A stretch of 64,000 nt of DNA from the human T2T-CHM13v2.0 reference genome, Homo sapiens. Position numbers and translations under genes: made by a program. Positions 1-13,340 of the stretch are shown one piece after another. The notes under the pieces are model-generated. The model made no database searches, was not told the origin of the DNA, and worked only from the letters and a program-made list of their open reading frames with translations. The DNA is taken from the NCBI RefSeq assembly GCF_009914755.1, contig NC_060928.1; one strand, given 5' to 3'. How positions within the stretch are numbered: position 1 is the stretch's first letter; the number at the start of each line of letters is the position of its first letter.

Positions 1-1240
1 TTGGAAACAAACATCCCTTCTCTCACACACAAACACAAAATGGTTGAAGCATTTATTAGATACTTCACATAATAATAGAATTAAGTGAATAAAAATTATG
101 AAAAAGTATACAAATTTACTAATAATCACGGAAAGGTGAATACAGACAATAAAATACTTATATCTACAAAATTTAAACAATGATGATAACAAGGTAGGCT
201 ATTGTGTGGAGAAAGTCTTATAAGTTAATAATTTGTGGAGGCACATGCCCTATAAGCCAGCTGTTCCACTTTTTGATTTAATCACTAAGAGAATGTACCA
301 CGTATCTACATGTATTAACTTCTGAAGGTTGCCGTAATAAATTAAAACAAACTGGGTGGATTAAAGCAGTAGAAATGTATTCTTTCAAAATTCTGAAGGC
401 CAAAAATCTGAAATTAAGGATAGTTCTTTGTGGAACTCTGAGGGTAAGTCTGTTTCATGACTCCCTTCTACCTCTGGTGGATGTGAACAATTGGTGGCGT
501 TCCTTGATTTGCAGACACATCACTCCAGTCTGGCTTTGTCTTCACGTGGTGTCCTCCTCTGTGTGTGCTCTTTGTCTAATTTCCCTCTCTTCTTACAAGG
601 ACACAGTTATTAGATTAGGGTCCACCCTAATCCATTAGGCCCTTGTCTTAACTTGGTACATCTGCAGCACCCTTATTTCCAAACAAAGTCATGTCCTAAC
701 ATTCTGTGTGAAAATGAATTTGGGGGGACACTATTCAATCCAGTACACCACACAGAGAAAAATGTATAATAAAGTTTATCACAGCCCTCTTTGTCAAGGA
801 GAACAATTTAAAACAACAGAATGTCCACTTATACACTAATGGATAAAAAATAAGGGCAAAAGACATATAATGGTTATACAGGTGTTAAAACCAGTGACTC
901 AGACATATGAATATCAAAGTTGATAAATATTAAAAACATATTGAGTGAAAGAAAGAAATTGTAGGATATTCGACAGTTTTCTATCTGATATGTAAGAATA
1001 ATGAATACACAACAAAACATAGTGTTTAATACATATGAAATAAAATATACAAATATGCAGTGTTACCTGCACATCAGTTTTAGGTTAGAGGTTATCTCTA
1101 AAGTGGGAAAGGGAAGAATGAGATCAGGAGTAAAGAAATCCTTTGAATATATTTATAATATTTTTCTTATTTAAAGGAGAGGAGATTTGGAGCAAATGTG
1201 TTGAAATGTTAACATCTGATACAGTTGAATGGTCAGTATA
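1..1240 (+). mobile_element. Old L1M (L1ME-like) ORF2 3' end/3'UTR fragments, interrupted by MLT1
   Basis: A-rich degenerate L1 3' motifs (aaacaacagaatgtccac, aatggataaa, aaaaacatattgagtgaaagaaag) on both sides of the MLT1 LTR. Confidence 0.6.
311..747 (-). mobile_element. MLT1C/D-like MaLR solo LTR
   Basis: Starts tgtattaacttc (reverse of the LTR 3' end) and ends ggggggacactattcaatccagtaca; approximate 5-bp TSD ctaca/ccaca. Confidence 0.85.
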
Positions 1241-1243
1241 GCG

Positions 1244-1466
1244 CAGAGTTTCTCAACACCTGCACTACTGGTATTTGGCACAGGATTCTTTGCTGTGTGG
1301 AGCTGTCCTAGGCATTGCAGATCATTTTGATGTTTATCAGTTTGCCTGGCCTGTGTCCACTAGATGCCAGTAGCAAACCTTCCCCTCACCCCCAGTTATG
1401 ACAATCAAAAATGTTGCCAAACGTTTTGTTCTGTGGATAAAAATCAACTCCGGTTTAGAACTACTG
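1244..1466 (-). mobile_element. MER20 hAT-Charlie DNA transposon
   Basis: Termini cagagtttctcaac...ggtttagaactactg, internal ccactagatgccagtagc; degenerate 8-bp TSD gtatagcg/gtgtagag. Confidence 0.9.
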
Positions 1467-1862
1467 GTGTAGAGTATTCATTATATGTTTCTGTTTGTCT
1501 TTGCACATATTTAAAATATATTATTGTATATTGTGATAAAATAAAAATGTATTTCTTGCATACTAAGTTTTAATAAAAAATAAAGGTAATTATCAACATA
1601 TAAACATATATAATATAAAGTATGCCATGTCATAAATTCAAGATATAAAAAATACTTACATAATAAAGAAAATTTGCAACTAACTTTGAGCTGTTTAAGA
1701 TAGGCTACACTAAAGAAAAAATGTGTTGGTTTCACCTTTAAAGATGTGTAGTATTTTATAAGTTTGAGAAGTGTGGAATACCATTATAAGCAGGAACGGC
1801 AAGGGAGCAGAAGCTACATAATTATTTTACAGAATAATGAATTCTTCTGTGAAACTGAAACA

Positions 1863-2015
1863 TAGAGTCTCAAATTTTCATGCCTTCAATGGCAATAGCA
1901 TATGTGTGTAGAGCAAATGGTTGTAAGAAATTTTAGAACAGTGCGGCCTACAACAGATTGGAGAGGGCACCGAGCAGACCATGCAAAACAAGTTTGAGGG
2001 CAGATTCAGTCCATA
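1863..2015 (+). mobile_element. Possible MER103/MER102-like hAT fragment
   Basis: Degenerate match: tagagtctcaaattttcatgccttc...ggttgtaaga...gattggagagggcac...caaaacaagtttgagggcagattcag. Confidence 0.35.
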
Positions 2016-2139
2016 TTTTTAATTGCCCTTGTCTTAAAATGTATGGAGGGAACTACTAGAAATATGCTGGCAAGAAATAATTGATACCATTAAGAAACAG
2101 TCATTTAAATTAATATTCTTGTAGAATGTTGACACGTTA

Positions 2140-3140
2140 AAATTGCTTGAGTAATATACAACTTCATGGATTAGACATTTTAATATGATTAATATATCAA
2201 TGCTCCACAAATTAACTTGCTGATTAAATGCATTGACAAATATAATTCTGGCAGGATTTTTGAAAAATTGGCATGATGACTTTGAAAATCCATATGAAAA
2301 TGCAAAGTATCAAGAACAAATTTGGAGATCTCATACTGCATGTCTTTGAGAGGTATTGTGAAGCTATCTGATCATGAAGTGTGATAGTGACGTAAGAATC
2401 ATCAAATAGATCAGTGGAACAAAATGAACAGACCAGCAACAGAGCTACACTTATTCAGTCCTTTAATTTTCTACAAAGCTTTCAATATTATTCAATTTGT
2501 ATCAGTATTTGTCTTTTCGACAAGCGGTGGGATAAATAGATACTATAACTTGACGATCTTTACATTATAATATATACAAAACATAATTCAAGACACACCA
2601 TAGACCTTAACATAAAAGCTAAAACCATAAGGTTTTTAGAGGAGAACATCAGAATTTCTTTGTGATTTGGAAATATGCGAAAGTATCCCAGACTAGAAAC
2701 AAAAAACAATAATAACAAAAAAACTGACAAATTAGGCTTGATCAAAAATTTAAAATAAATCTTAAAATATTTTCTAAGAAAATGATTCCATTAAGCAAAA
2801 TAACAGGAATGTTACAGATCTAGAGAAAATACTTGCAATACATATATGTCATACTGAGAACTGGTATTGAGGATTTTACGTAACTTCTACAAATCAATGA
2901 TAATAAGATTCAAAATGAGCAAAGAATCCAGAAACTCCACAACAAAATCTACAGAAATAGTCAATAGGCACTAGAAAATATGTCTATCACAGTAATCTGG
3001 GAAATGACAATTAAAGGCATAACTGGAGAATCATCAGCAATAACAATGACATATTTTGAGAGTAAGTGGATCAATTGATATTCTCACACATTTCTGGGAG
3101 AAATGCAAAATGTTAAACTCTTTTAGAAACAGGTTTGGAC
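2140..3140 (+). mobile_element. Old L1M ORF2 (RT/C-terminal) fragment
   Basis: cttcatggattaga, aaatagatcagtggaacaaaat, tagaccttaacataaaagctaaaaccataagg, gagaaaatacttgcaatacata. Confidence 0.8.
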
Positions 3141-3559
3141 ATTTTTATTTATTTATTTTTGTCAAGGACTGTGTTCTCTATTAGAGAAAGATCAGAAAAG
3201 GGTCTTTTGTTTCTGCAACACTATGAATATTTTATGTATACCATTCAATAACTTTCCAGCAGCAGTTGCTTTTAACATGTTAATTTAATGCTGAAGGCCA
3301 TGCCCATTATAAAATCATGTACTAATCTCTGGTGTGTATTTGAGTTTTTATATATTCTGAAGAGTGTCCCAAGAAATGCACAATTAGAACTACAATTAAA
3401 AATTCTCTGGGTAAATAATCATATGTCATATCTGTGTTATTATTTTTTATCTATATACTATGAAGAATTTTTGTTGGATAAAACATGCATGCTCTTTATT
3501 ATATTCATATAGATAAGGTATGTTAACTATTTACTTAAAAGTATTTGCCTTTTCATAGA

Positions 3560-3672
3560 CTCAAATACCAGGAGGGCAAAAATTGTGTCTTGGTCACATT
3601 TGTTTCCCAGTGCTTAGAAGAATGTCTGGCATATAATAAAAACCCAATGAATATTTGCCAAATGAAGGAATA
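3560..3672 (+). mobile_element. L2 3' end
   Basis: gagggcaaaaattgtgtcttggtcac...cccagtgcttagaagaatgtctggcatata...aatgaatatttgccaaatgaaggaat. Confidence 0.75.
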
Positions 3673-4539
3673 TGACAACCAGAATCGAATAGCTGCAAGA
3701 CTATAAATGTTTATGAGTTATCTGTGTCTTCATTAAAAATGACATTTTAGGAGGCCATGTGGCTTGCTGAATATCTGCAGTTAATATATACTATTTTGCA
3801 AGAAATTATAAAATATTTTTTACCTTTGTAGATTTTTTAAAGTTTAAATTTTTCTTCAAATATTCTATAGAGCAGGAATTTGTATTTGCATCTTTTAATA
3901 ATGCATGCTAATTACAATTTAGGGACATGAAGGCTTATATAAATGCTGAGTAAATTTTATATGTACACATTTCCCATTCAAATGATTTTCATAGCTCATG
4001 GGGCATTCAGTTAAACGCAATCACTCTTTATGTTTCATGGAAATGGAATGGGATCTGAGAGAGATGCATTTTTTTCCTCACCAATTCATTTCTCATTATA
4101 GTTCAGCGCTATATTTCTTTAATACAATAAGAATTGCATTTTGTTGTTGCTGATTTTCTTTATACCTGTTATTTTCTACAGTATTATTGGGAATCAAAAT
4201 CTTCTATTTTTATATTAGGTTTTTTTTAATTTAGTTTTTTCTTGGACAATTTAGGTCATTTTTTATATATTAGGTTTTTCTTTGGCAATTTCTACTAATG
4301 CAGGTGAACAATATGTGATGATTGTAGGATTGCCAAAATTAGATCTCTACATAACAAGAAGTAAGTCATTTGTTTCCATTATCACTTTTTAACAATTATG
4401 CATGCATAGGGATTGAATCTCACTTTTAAAAAGTCAATTTTTGATCTTGCAAATGTGTTTTACTCTCCCATTGCCTGATCAGTGGAGGTTTTCAGTAGAA
4501 AGTCAAAAGAGGAAATGACTGCTTTCATGTTTTCTAATT

Positions 4540-4542
<3 letters not shown>

Positions 4543-4574
<32 letters not shown>
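4543..4574. repeat. (AC)n microsatellite, about 15 units
   Basis: Direct reading. Confidence 0.95.
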
Positions 4575-4575
<1 letters not shown>

Positions 4576-5169
4576 ACACAAACACATACATCTGATTTAA
4601 GAGGTGGCCTCAAAGAATTGCAAATAGCTCTTATAGTTAGAAGAAAAAAAGAAATAATTACAGTCTTTTTCATAATTTCCTTTCAAAAAATGAAGGTTAA
4701 AAAATATTGTGTTTCTGGAAACTTAAGTAATCATGCTTATTATGAAAAATATAGGAGGAAATAAAATGGCATAAAAAAGGAGATGAGGTGATCCAGTATA
4801 TAAACTATTAACAATTTAGTATACGTCACTCCAGTTATCTACCAATTTATAAAACAGATTATTAGTATATTGTATTTACTGTGTTGTAATTTGAATGTAT
4901 CATTTTTCCCTTAGCAATAATCTTGAATGATTAAATATTAATCTGCAATATGATTCTTAATGACTTTTTAGTATTCCACTAGTTAGCTGGAGAATGTTTT
5001 ACCAGATCAATCACTTATTATTGAACATTTCTTCTGTTTCCAATTGCAATGATTACCCCTGTCTTTACTTTCATATCTGATAGCCTTCTTATAGGGTGTT
5101 TTAGAGTAAAACTGATACTTTCCATTAGCTTAAACTATTAACAAGAAAAGAACGTGATTATTTTGACTT

Positions 5170-5322
5170 AATGGAATAAGCTGTGGTGTGACTCTGGTTC
5201 TCATCCAAATTAATTATATGACCTTGAGGTATTTCAGTTCTTTGAGCTTCAGTTTCTTCTTCTGTAAAGTAGGTATTGGATGAATAATTACTGATTATCC
5301 TTCAAGTCCTAACATTTTCTAA
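5170..5322 (+). mobile_element. MIR (MIR3/MIRc-like)
   Basis: tatatgaccttgagg...tttgagcttcagtttcttcttctgtaaagtagg. Confidence 0.65.
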
Positions 5323-5428
5323 CAGCTGTGGGTGTTCCCTACAGATTTAATGGTATACAGTTCCTGAGTACAAAGCAGGAAGTAGTTTTATCCATGGTTT
5401 TCAAGTTATCTGTCCAATTTTAAGCTAC

Positions 5429-5622
5429 AGTAGGTGTCCAAGGGGGAGAATACAGTCATGAATTCCTAGCTTCTGTTTCTGGTTGGGCGAGTAAGGCCCC
5501 TTCCTAGTCCCTTTTTTCTGCTTATCACTAGAGACAAAATAAAAACCATAGCTTCAGGCTGCTAAAAGCCTAAAACAAAAGAAAACAGGACAACAACAAA
5601 ATAAGGTGGGTTGGACAAGCCA
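5429..5622 (+). mobile_element. MER107-like hAT-Charlie MITE
   Basis: Low-divergence ggtgtccaagggggagaatacagtcatg...gcttcaggctgctaaaagcctaaaacaaaa...aataaggtgggttggacaagc. Confidence 0.8.
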
Positions 5623-6856
5623 GAACATTTATCCTCTGCTTACAGAGTTTGAAGATTCTTCCATGTCTGGCTTTTAATCTCAAGTGCCTGAATGAAAGTG
5701 AACAATAATGACACGAGTGTGTATCACATGGTCCTTATCCATATTGAGTGGCTAACTGCGAGGATTCCAACTCTGCAAAAAGGGATCTCTCCACAAAGAA
5801 AGCTAGACCAAACTCTAGTACTGTTCTATCTTTCTTTAATTTTCTTCTCTTGATACTTATTTTATAGTTTTCGTTTCATCAATATCTGCTTTGCTTTTGA
5901 ACATTCATTTGTTTGGATTTATTTTTCTCACTTTTGCTTTCTACTTAATCTAAGCTGTAATTTAAAATGACCAACAAATGACACAGCACTGGAAATAGTA
6001 AAGTTAGTCATACTCAGTAGAACCAGGATGCATTTCATCCATAGGGTGCCCCAAAGAGATCATTAAGTATATCACACTGTAACAACAGATCTCTCATGTA
6101 TTCGTAAATACTGTCTTCAGATGGCTTGAACTTAACTCCCCCTATCATTCTCTTTGGATTGCAGTCTTGATTTAGTTAAATGTGATCATTCTAAACCTCC
6201 TATATCATCTAGCCTTTACTGGAGGCTTGTAGCTAATGTATTTTATGACTACACATTTTTACATATTTTATTGGAATGAAACTATTTATCTTCAAGACTG
6301 ATTGTGCCAATAGCAAATAAGGATGGTCCCACCTCTCTGTGTTCCTACTGGGAAGTTCCACTAAATTAACAGGAATTAGATTGTGTCACATAGATCTATC
6401 CAGAAATAAGAGGCATATGAGAATGAGGCTCATATTACCTCTAAGACGTGAGCCTAGGTGACTTCTAAAAAATGTTTATGACAAAAATGAACAGCGAGAT
6501 GCAGTCTTTTAATATTTGTCTTCTCAAGGAATGTTGATTATTCTTTGCATGAATTTTCTGAAAATGGCATTTAACCTAGTAATATTCTGAATAGTTACTG
6601 AATTATTAGAGTACCCTCACATTTATTTCCAAAGATGGATGTCTATTAGAACCCACTCTAGTACAGGTAACCTGGGGGATAAATTTGTAGGCATACCTAT
6701 TTCAGAGAAACAGTTAGTTGTATTGTATCTGGACCTACAGGAGCCAGATAATCAGATCTAGGTTAAGTCATTCTGAAGAAAACAGAGGCTTAAGTAGATA
6801 TTTTGAAAGTCCGAAGATTGTTCATTACATTTTCTTCTTTTTATAAACACTCAGAG

Positions 6857-6916
6857 CTGTTATAGCATAACTGTTATAGCATAACTGTTATAGCACAGCT
6901 ATTATAGCATAACTAT
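6857..6916. repeat. 14-bp tandem repeat (CTGTTATAGCATAA) x4.3
   Basis: Units start at 6857, 6871, 6885, 6899; partial unit at 6913. Confidence 0.95.
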
Positions 6917-7139
6917 CTTGTTTTTATTTTGCTTGGTAAAACAATCACCTTGGTTAATTCTATCACCTACTTTGTGTCCTAACCCATCAGCCCAACAAGG
7001 TTGAAGAAACACAAGAAAATAAAACTAGTCTCATTTTATATTTATGACCCCTGATCTTGGTACTCATTGCTGTGAAGCAATAATATTCCATTTCCAAATT
7101 CTATTCTCTGTTCAAGTCTTTTAGACATATCTTTTACCT

Positions 7140-7919
7140 TTTACTTCTCCTTAAATATATAATACCTCTTCTCCCATTCTCACACATAGGTGATGAACTT
7201 GTTTTATTTCACTAACAAAATTGAAAAAATCAGAAGAGAACACCTACAGGCTTCAACCATCATATTTATCCCATAACTTTCATCTGTACCCAGGCACTCT
7301 CCTTCACAGTCTATGACTATAGATTATTAATTCTACCGATTCTCACAGAAGACTACCCTATCTAACAAACACAAATATATAATTCCAGTAATTCACCTTT
7401 TTCTCCTATATTATGAATTATCCCCCTGCTAGGCTGTTAATATTCAAACATACTGTCTATTCTCCCATCTTAAGAAATACATTTTTTTAGTACCTACTCA
7501 CCAGTCCAGCTATTGCCTCATTTCTCTTCCTTTTGCGGGAAAACTTCTCATAAATGTTAATCATACTGATGTTTCAAATTTACATCTTCCCATATCCTTT
7601 GAAATAGCTCTAAATAGGCCTTTACTCTTACCATTCTTCTAAAACTGTTATATTTAAGGTCACCTATAATGCTGTTGATCAGTTTTTAGTAGTCATGTTA
7701 TTTGTTCCATCAGAAGTATTTGACACAGCAGAATTATGTTTCTTCATTGGCTGTCCAGGACCTCACATTCTTACTTTTACTTGTAAATTGCTGGCCATTA
7801 GTTACTCAGGGATTGATGCTTCAATATGTCTTTTCTGAATTCTAATACTTGCAATGGTAATGACATCCAGTTTCATGGCTTTGATATCATCTGTCAGTCA
7901 ATCTCTGTCTCTATGTATC

Positions 7920-7975
<56 letters not shown>

Positions 7976-8640
7976 CCTCCTACCTACCTATAATTGGTCT
8001 ATCCCAGAACTCTTGCCTGGGTTCCAAGTTCATACTTCCAACTGCTTACTACATTTTTTCCATGTGAATATCTAATAGACACTTAGATCCTAACATGGAC
8101 AATTGACCTTCTAACCTTTTCTTCATGCACTGGTTCTGGTCCATTTCTTCCTATCTCAGTTAATGATTAAACTCTAGGCCAAAATTTGGTTTATACTTGA
8201 CTCTCCTCTTTCAAATCGTACATTTAATCTGTCTATAAATCTTGTGGCTCTTCATTTGAACTGTATCTCAACACTTCTGCTGCTACCACCCTTCCATAAA
8301 TGATAAGCTTCTCTCTCCTGGATTATAGCAACCACTTATTTCCTTGCTGGTCTCTCTTTTCTGAACAATCTCTTCCAGAAATCATGTAACTCATGTAGTC
8401 ATCTCTTTGCCTTCTCACTGAAGTCTTTCCCAACCAACATATGTGAAGTTTCTAGTAACCCCTATCTCATTGCTGGCCCTATTTCTCCCTAGCAAAAATC
8501 ATATTCTACCATGTTCTATATTTTAACATTTTATACTGTTATTTATCTGTCCACACAATATGTAAACTCCTTGACAATCGAAATAAAGATTTCTGCTTTA
8601 TTTATTACTAGGAACAAAGTAGCAGTTAAATAAATATGAG
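7140..8640 (+). mobile_element. L2a long 3' fragment
   Basis: Pyrimidine-rich L2 motifs (atttcactaacaaaattgaaaaaatcagaagagaa, ccaactgcttactacatt, gaatatctaatagacactt) running to the L2 tail. Confidence 0.8.
7920..7975. repeat. Compound tetranucleotide STR (TCTG)3(TCTA)11
   Basis: Direct count. Confidence 0.95.
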
Positions 8641-9969
8641 CACTTTTCTAATCCAGAATACTTTTTTTGTTTGCTGATAATATTCTTCATTTAGATTCTA
8701 GAATGTGAGCCAGTTGAGAATTAATATTAAGCTTTATATAAGTTTTTAAATGCTATATGCTTATGAGAAGACTCAAAAATACTCATATTCCCACATTTAA
8801 GGGTTTTGACCTCTCAGGAGAAAAATAGAGTGATTAAGGGTGTTTTGGTCACCACTCTCATATTCGTTATTTTCAGGAGAATATGTCTTAAGCCTCCTAG
8901 CTCCCTTAACTAAAATTATTATCTTCCTTCCAGTCCTGAGTCAATTTTCTGACAAATTGGACATGATTTGTCTTAACACTTACAATTCCCTGTCAAGGCA
9001 AACGCAGTCTGCTCACACATATGGTCTCTTTTGGACAATATTTTAACTTTAATTTATTCTGCACACCTCTAAGACTTGGCGAACTCTGGGGACCTTGCCT
9101 GGATTGGAGGCAGATCAGATGAAGGCCTTCTTGGACTCAATGGCTAATGAGTGAATTTCTTCCTATTCTTTCACATACAGCATCATTAATCTAAATTGAA
9201 AATGTATCACCATCATTTATGGTTCTGAATGGCACCATATGGTGTTAATTAATCTGGAGGAATTTTACTTTTACTATTACATTTTTGGCCATTGACCTAG
9301 ATGTTACTAAAATGAGGGTACCTCACGTTTGACTACTGATCTTTCGATGGCTCTTCTGTATGAGAACACAAAGGCAGAGTTTCTTCTTGGTTTTAATTCT
9401 GGGCATAGCAAGTCTAGAACATTTCAACTGCAATTTTCCCTAAGAGAGAAAGAAAGATAAAAGGTCTAAGATACACACAAGGACTTTCAAACTCTATTAG
9501 TGACTCATAGTTGTATTTTCTCCCCATAATGGCTGCATTCTCTAATATAAACAGGTAGAATAAAGGTGTGTAACAAATTGATCTGTTGAAATTATTTATT
9601 CTTTTTAATATTAAATTAATTATTTTAATTATTTGGGAGTATGCCATTCTATAGTCTATGGACACATTTCAATACCGGAAATAACTAAAGATATTCTGAA
9701 TTGTGTTTGGTGAATCAGTAAGTGATCAGTCTAGATGACAAATACAAACTAATAGTCATATTTACAAAAAAAGTCTGAAGATAATTCTCTAAAATTTGTT
9801 AAGCTATAACTTAACCTTCAGAATAATGAACCTACTTTGAAGCAATGCATTCATGAAGATTGCACATTCTGGCATACTTAGTAATTTCACAGTAATAATG
9901 AGTCATTCCTGAATGCTTTCAAAAATAATATTTGAAGATGTATTCTTAGGATCACTATGTATATTCTAG

Positions 9970-10195
9970 TAATAAGAGCTAATATTTGTTAGCACTTTTC
10001 ATGTACCAGACAATATGCTAACATTTTTATAACATCTTTCAGTTTTTCTTTCAGTAAATATATATTGAATGCTTGCTCAATGTCAAGTACTGTGCTAAGA
10101 ACTTGAGGTACATAATAAACAAATAAAAAGACAAAGGCCCCTGCTACCATAGAGCATTATGGTGGAAGACAATTGGCAAAAAATGGCAGACATAG
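9970..10195 (-). mobile_element. MIR fragment plus L2 3' fragment
   Basis: agctaatatttgttagcacttttcatgtaccagac (MIR tail); tcagtaaatatatattgaatgcttg...tgtgctaaga...gcccctgctaccatagagc (L2 tail). Confidence 0.65.
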
Positions 10196-10219
10196 ACTGT
10201 AACAGGCTAATTACAATAT

Positions 10220-10655
10220 CGCTATGGGTTGAATTGTATACCCCTAAAATTCTTGTTAAAATCTTCAGCTTCATTGCCTCAGAAAGTGACCTCATTTGGA
10301 AATAGGGTCTTTATAGAGATAATTCAGTTTAAAAAAGGTTATTCCAATAAGCCCCAATCCAATATGTCTGGTGCACTTTTAAAAGGTATAACTTTGAAGA
10401 CAGTTCCACATGCAGAAAGAATGCCAAGTGAAGATGAAGGCAGAATCAGAGGATGCTTCCACAAGCCAAGGAACATCAAAGACTTCCAGAAACTCCCCAG
10501 TAGCTAGGCAAGAAGCAAGGGTAGGTTTTCTCTCACAACCCCAGGAAGAAACCAGTCCTACTAACAACTTGGTCTTAGACTGAGTCTTCAGAACTGAATA
10601 ATAAATTTCTGTTTATAAGCCACCCATTTGTGGTACTTTAAGGTAGCCCAGTAGT
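10220..10655 (+). mobile_element. MLT1C-like MaLR solo LTR
   Basis: gctatgggttgaattgtatacccc...ggaaatagggtcttt...cacaagccaaggaac...aataaatttctgtttataagccaccc. Confidence 0.85.
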
Positions 10656-10679
10656 GTATGTAGCCCAAGTATGTAAGAT

Positions 10680-11203
10680 GGTATGGAAGAATGCCTTTAA
10701 ATATGGCTATGAAAAATGTGTTTTCCCCATAGATGCATTTCAATCTTCCCATCATAAAATGGAGTGTATTTACTTTTGTATCCAAACTAGTCATGCGCTT
10801 TACTTTTAACAACAGCATGAGGCTGTGCCAGTGCCAGGAAGAGCTTAAAAAGACCTGACAGTTTCACCTTAGTTTTCTGGGAGTCCAGCTTCCATGCTTT
10901 AAACTGGAACCAAGTCTAGACTTCTGGAGGAAGAATAGCCACATGCAGCATAATCAACATATCTCAGATCCAACCAGTACCAACTCACAAATAGATCAGT
11001 GAGGTGGTGGTGTACATTCCAATCCCCAGCTGAACCCCCATCTTAATGCAGCTGCATAAGCGACCTGAACTAACATTGCACAGAGCCAAACTGCACAACT
11101 GAATCTTAGCTAGATTCATAGTCATGAGAAATGATACGCCATTGTTGAGTTAAACATTTATGTTTTCAGGTGATTTGTTACACATCAATAAATCATTAAA
11201 ACA
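10680..11203 (+). mobile_element. MLT1G/H-like MaLR LTR
   Basis: gagcttaaaaagacctgacagtttcacc, ccccagctgaa, ending gtgatttgttacacatcaataaatcattaaaaca. Confidence 0.7.
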
Positions 11204-11299
11204 TAGACCAACAAGTTCCAGGAAAATAACAAAGGTAGAATGGAAATTGAATAAGAGTGTTTCTATGTGCCACAGTAGTGGTGGGGGAGAGTAGGAGGC

Positions 11300-11450
11300 T
11301 GCAATCCTCACAGCAGTTTATGAGGTTGATACCTCATAACTGTTTGTCAGTTACAGACAAACAACTGAAATTACAGAGGTTAAGCAGGGTGGCAATTGCT
11401 ACCTAGTGAAGGCTAGATTCAAATTCAGAGTATCTGTCCAAACCACACTA
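11300..11450 (-). mobile_element. MIR
   Basis: aatcctcacagcagtttatgagg...ttacagacaaacaactgaaattacagaggttaag. Confidence 0.7.
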
Positions 11451-11641
11451 TCAAATAAATTACTGGAGATGAGAGTAGAGTAGGTCATTAATGACGACAA
11501 AGTGTCAACAGAGTGAATTTTTCTCTCCAAGATAACAGTCTAGAAAAATACTTTTAAAATAAATACTTTAAAAAAAATACTTTTAAAATAAATATTTTAA
11601 GGAAGATGTCATGTTTATTCTATGTGTTGACTTAGCCCTGC

Positions 11642-12325
<684 letters not shown>

Positions 12326-12854
12326 CATTCAGTGCCCAGACATTCAGTAAAACATTATTCTGGGTGTGTCTGTGATAGTGTTTCAGGAGACTGAGTAAAG
12401 GGGTTTGACTTCCCAAATATGAGTAGACCTCATCCAACTATTTGATCTATTTGATGGCCTGAATAGGAAAAAAAGAAAAAAAAAGACTGACTATCCTTGA
12501 GTAAGCAGGAACTCCTCCTGCCTGGCTACCTTTGAGCTAGAACATTAACTTTTTCCTGCCCTTGGATTTATACTCAAATATTAGCTCCTGCTAGGTCTCA
12601 AGCCTATCAGCCTTCAGTCTGGAATGACATCATCAGCTCTGCAGGTTCTCAGGCCTTCAGACTCAGACTGGAACCACATCATCATCTCTGCTGTGCCTCC
12701 AGTTTGAGGACTACAAACCTTGAGACCTGTCAGCTTCTATAATCATTTGAGACAATCCTCACAATAAATCTTTCTACACATTTATGGATCCTATTTGTTT
12801 TTTGTTTGTTTGCTGTGGAAAACCTTGATTAATATAGAAGTTATGTCTCCACCC

Positions 12855-12900
12855 TGTGTGTGTGCATGTGTGTGTGTGTGTTTTTTTTGTGTGTGTGTGT
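12855..12900. repeat. Interrupted (TG)n microsatellite
   Basis: Direct reading. Confidence 0.85.
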
Positions 12901-13097
12901 ATGATAGGTGAATATGGCATCTGAGATTTAGAGAGAAATTTTGGAAACCCAGTCTAAACCTCCTTTTCTTAAAGTTATTAAAAAGCCAAGAAGAATAACG
13001 CTTATAGAAGGGGCTGACTAGTAGGAATATTGTATAACACACTAAAAGCCTGCATGAGATTCATAAAATCAAAATTGAGTTTTCCATCTATATTTCT

Positions 13098-13340
13098 GGG
13101 TTTTTTTGAGACACAGATTCACTCTTGCCAAGGCTGGAGTGCAATGGCACGATCTCGGCTGACTGCATGACTGCAACATCTGCCTCCACGGTTAAAGGGA
13201 TTCTCCTGACTCAGCCTCCCAAGTAGCTGGGATTATAGGCATGTGCCACCATGCTTGGCTAATTTTGCTACTTTTAGTAGAGACGGGATTTCACTATGTT
13301 GGTTGAACTCCTGACCTCAGGTGATCCACCCACCTCAGCC
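13098..13340 (-). mobile_element. 5'-truncated AluS
   Basis: Alu body ends at cacctcagcc and lacks about 45 nt of the 5' end; flanked by ccatctatatttct / ccatctagatttct. Confidence 0.9.

Noticed and set aside
1358-1371. CTCF-like ccactagatgccag in MER20
   Set aside because: This is MER20 consensus sequence with a mismatch in the GGC core; nothing locus-specific supports it.
6867-6898. Resemblance of ataactgttatagcata to the loxP left arm and spacer (ATAACTTCGTATAGCATA)
   Set aside because: There is no inverted second 13-bp arm; it is a direct tandem repeat and the similarity is coincidental.
11545-11600. Short AT-rich tandem duplication (aaatacttttaaaat)
   Set aside because: An ordinary slippage product in low-complexity sequence.
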